A stretch of 64,000 nt of DNA from Acidobacteriota bacterium (GTDB lineage: Bacteria > Acidobacteriota > UBA6911 > RPQK01 > JAJDTT01). Below are positions 63,401-64,000 of this stretch, one piece after another. The translations under genes were made by a program, and so were the position numbers. Each line of letters begins with the position of its first letter. Within the stretch, counting starts at the first letter, position 1. Location: assembly GCA_965217775.1 (NCBI GenBank), contig CBDCJH010000002.1, positions 3,104,001 through 3,168,000 on the forward strand, in the 5' to 3' direction. Below the pieces are notes generated by a model. That model saw only the letters and a program-made list of their open reading frames with translations, was not told the DNA's origin and made no database searches.

Positions 63401-63553
63401 GGTGATGACCGTGACCTGGTTGTTGGTCAGGTCGGGAAAAGCGTCGATGGGAATCTGGTAGAAAGCGTTGAGGCCGGCCGCGAGAAGCACCGCCAGGCCG
63501 AACAGGACGACCCAAGGGTGATCGAGGGTATAGTCGATGATGCGCTTGACCAT
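60476..63553 (-). CDS. czcA: CusA/CzcA heavy-metal efflux RND permease
   Basis: PIDAFPDLT, VEQLVTFPIE, NLMSLGAIDFGMIVDG, RLRPVLMT, EVQRPLATVVIGG. Confidence 0.93.
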   Translation of the reverse strand: MVKRIIDYTLDHPWVVLFGLAVLLAAGLNAFYQIPIDAFPDLTNNQVTVITEAPGMAPVEVEQLVTFPIESAMMGLPDTEEVRSISKLGLSLVTIVFADSVDNYFARQLVNERLNEARGRIPAGLEPALGPVATAFGEVYRYTLEGEGYGAMELKTLHDWEIKYQLRAVPGVADINTWGGYTRQYEIEVDPYRLRARGLTLRDVFERVRDNNDNFGGGFVEHASEQYTVRGLGRVGSERDLETIVLRAHEGTAVYLRDVAEVKVGRMPRQGAVTRDGKGETVSGMVIMLRGQNSKTVIERVKKALEGIRRSLPEGVKIVPFYDQSVVIDGTIRTVRDNLLLGGALVVAILFLFLGNFRAALIVAAVIPLSMLFAFLGMWWFGITANLMSLGAIDFGMIVDGAVIMIENHVRRLRARPNHDVPLTRDESLGLVRSAAHQVSRPILTGVAIIIAVYVPILSLQGLEGRMYRPMAVTVCAALLGSLVLTLAMVPAASRLLLGRSTKKSGEPIMDRARKVYGRVVNYALDHRVLVLTMGLALVAVPLGSLRYIGTEFMPRLDEGSMLVQALRLPSISVSESVDIGLEVERTLLEFPEVTGVVSTLGRPDLATEAMGVYESDVFVNLKPREQWTTADTKDGLTEAMAAELSKIPGVVYNFTQPMAMRLGETISGVEADVAVKIFGPDEKMLDHTANEVLGVLGQVRGAADAQKQVFSGAAEWQVVVDRDELARYGLNVSDVRDVVQAAVGGKAVTEVIDGRRRFQIAVRLPESYRKDRDALGSILLAAPAGEQVPLGRVAEIRRASGPEVVHREDSQRRIVVQCNVRGRDMGSFVAEAQRRIQAAVEVPTGYYITWGGQFENQQRAMQRLMLVLPAVLLVIFMLLYATFRSAKQSLLVLLIVPFATVGGIAALWLRGMNLNVSASIGFIAVFGVAVLDGLVMVSTTNSLLERGRAIREAVVEGAVTRLRPVLMTSLVASVGFLPMAVATSIGAEVQRPLATVVIGGLVSSTILTLLLLPALYSWFLPKNK

Positions 63554-63596
63554 GTTTCTGGTGGCGACGGGTCCCGCGACCCAACCGGAGCGGTTG

Positions 63597-64000
63597 CTAC
63601 TCTTCGACCATTCGGGCCTTGAGCAATTCGGACTTGAGGCGGAAGGCGCCATTGACCACCACCATTTCGCCCGCCCGCAACCCGCTCACGATTTCGACAA
63701 CGGAATCGGAGTGTCGGCCGACCTGGACCCGGCGTACTCGAAAGGAAGTCTCTCCCTCCGGCACGAACAGAACCTCTTCCCCATCCACGTTCTGCAGCGC
63801 AGCGAGTGGTGCGACGACGGCTTCCCTGCCGCCGCCGGCGCCAATGGTGAGCGTCGCGAACATCTCTCTCTTGAGACGCCGTCCGGGGTTGCTCAACTCG
63901 CAGCGCACCTCAACGGTTCGCGTCTCCGGATCGAGTGCGTCGCCGATGTAGGTGATGCGGGCCGGAAACGTCCTGCCAGGGTAAGCCCGCACCGACACTT
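63597..64000 (-). CDS. RND periplasmic adaptor (CzcB-like), C-terminal part
   Basis: LDPETRTV.VR, VEIVSGLRAGE.VVVNGAF.LKSEL; directly upstream of czcA. Confidence 0.88.
   Translation of the reverse strand, partial: VSVRAYPGRTFPARITYIGDALDPETRTVEVRCELSNPGRRLKREMFATLTIGAGGGREAVVAPLAALQNVDGEEVLFVPEGETSFRVRRVQVGRHSDSVVEIVSGLRAGEMVVVNGAFRLKSELLKARMVEE

Overview
GC-rich bacterial chromosome window. The Oar-type TonB-dependent receptors with N-terminal carboxypeptidase-regulatory domains and the CehA/McbA hydrolase suggest Acidobacteriota (inference). The backbone is catabolic and transport genes: GH-like proteins, amidases, SDRs, M19 dipeptidases, ABC exporters and a CzcA-type RND pump. It is heavily overlaid with mobile DNA. 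The best signal is a nested system at 30.8-32.5 kb. An IS110 recombinase element sits at a CT core inside a 158-159 bp MITE that has two further empty copies in the window. Its left non-coding end has a readable two-loop bridge-RNA architecture: one loop matches the MITE centre (GTATG-CT-CCCTCC) and the other matches the IS's own end junction (ATGGATA-CT-TGTC). Also present are a complete group II intron inserted in the loop of a REP-like palindrome, an IS1634 element, two DUF433/PIN modules bracketed by duplicated host-gene segments, and several tandem duplications and pseudogenes. No rRNA, tRNA or CRISPR array was seen. Family calls come from motif recognition by eye, not database searches.
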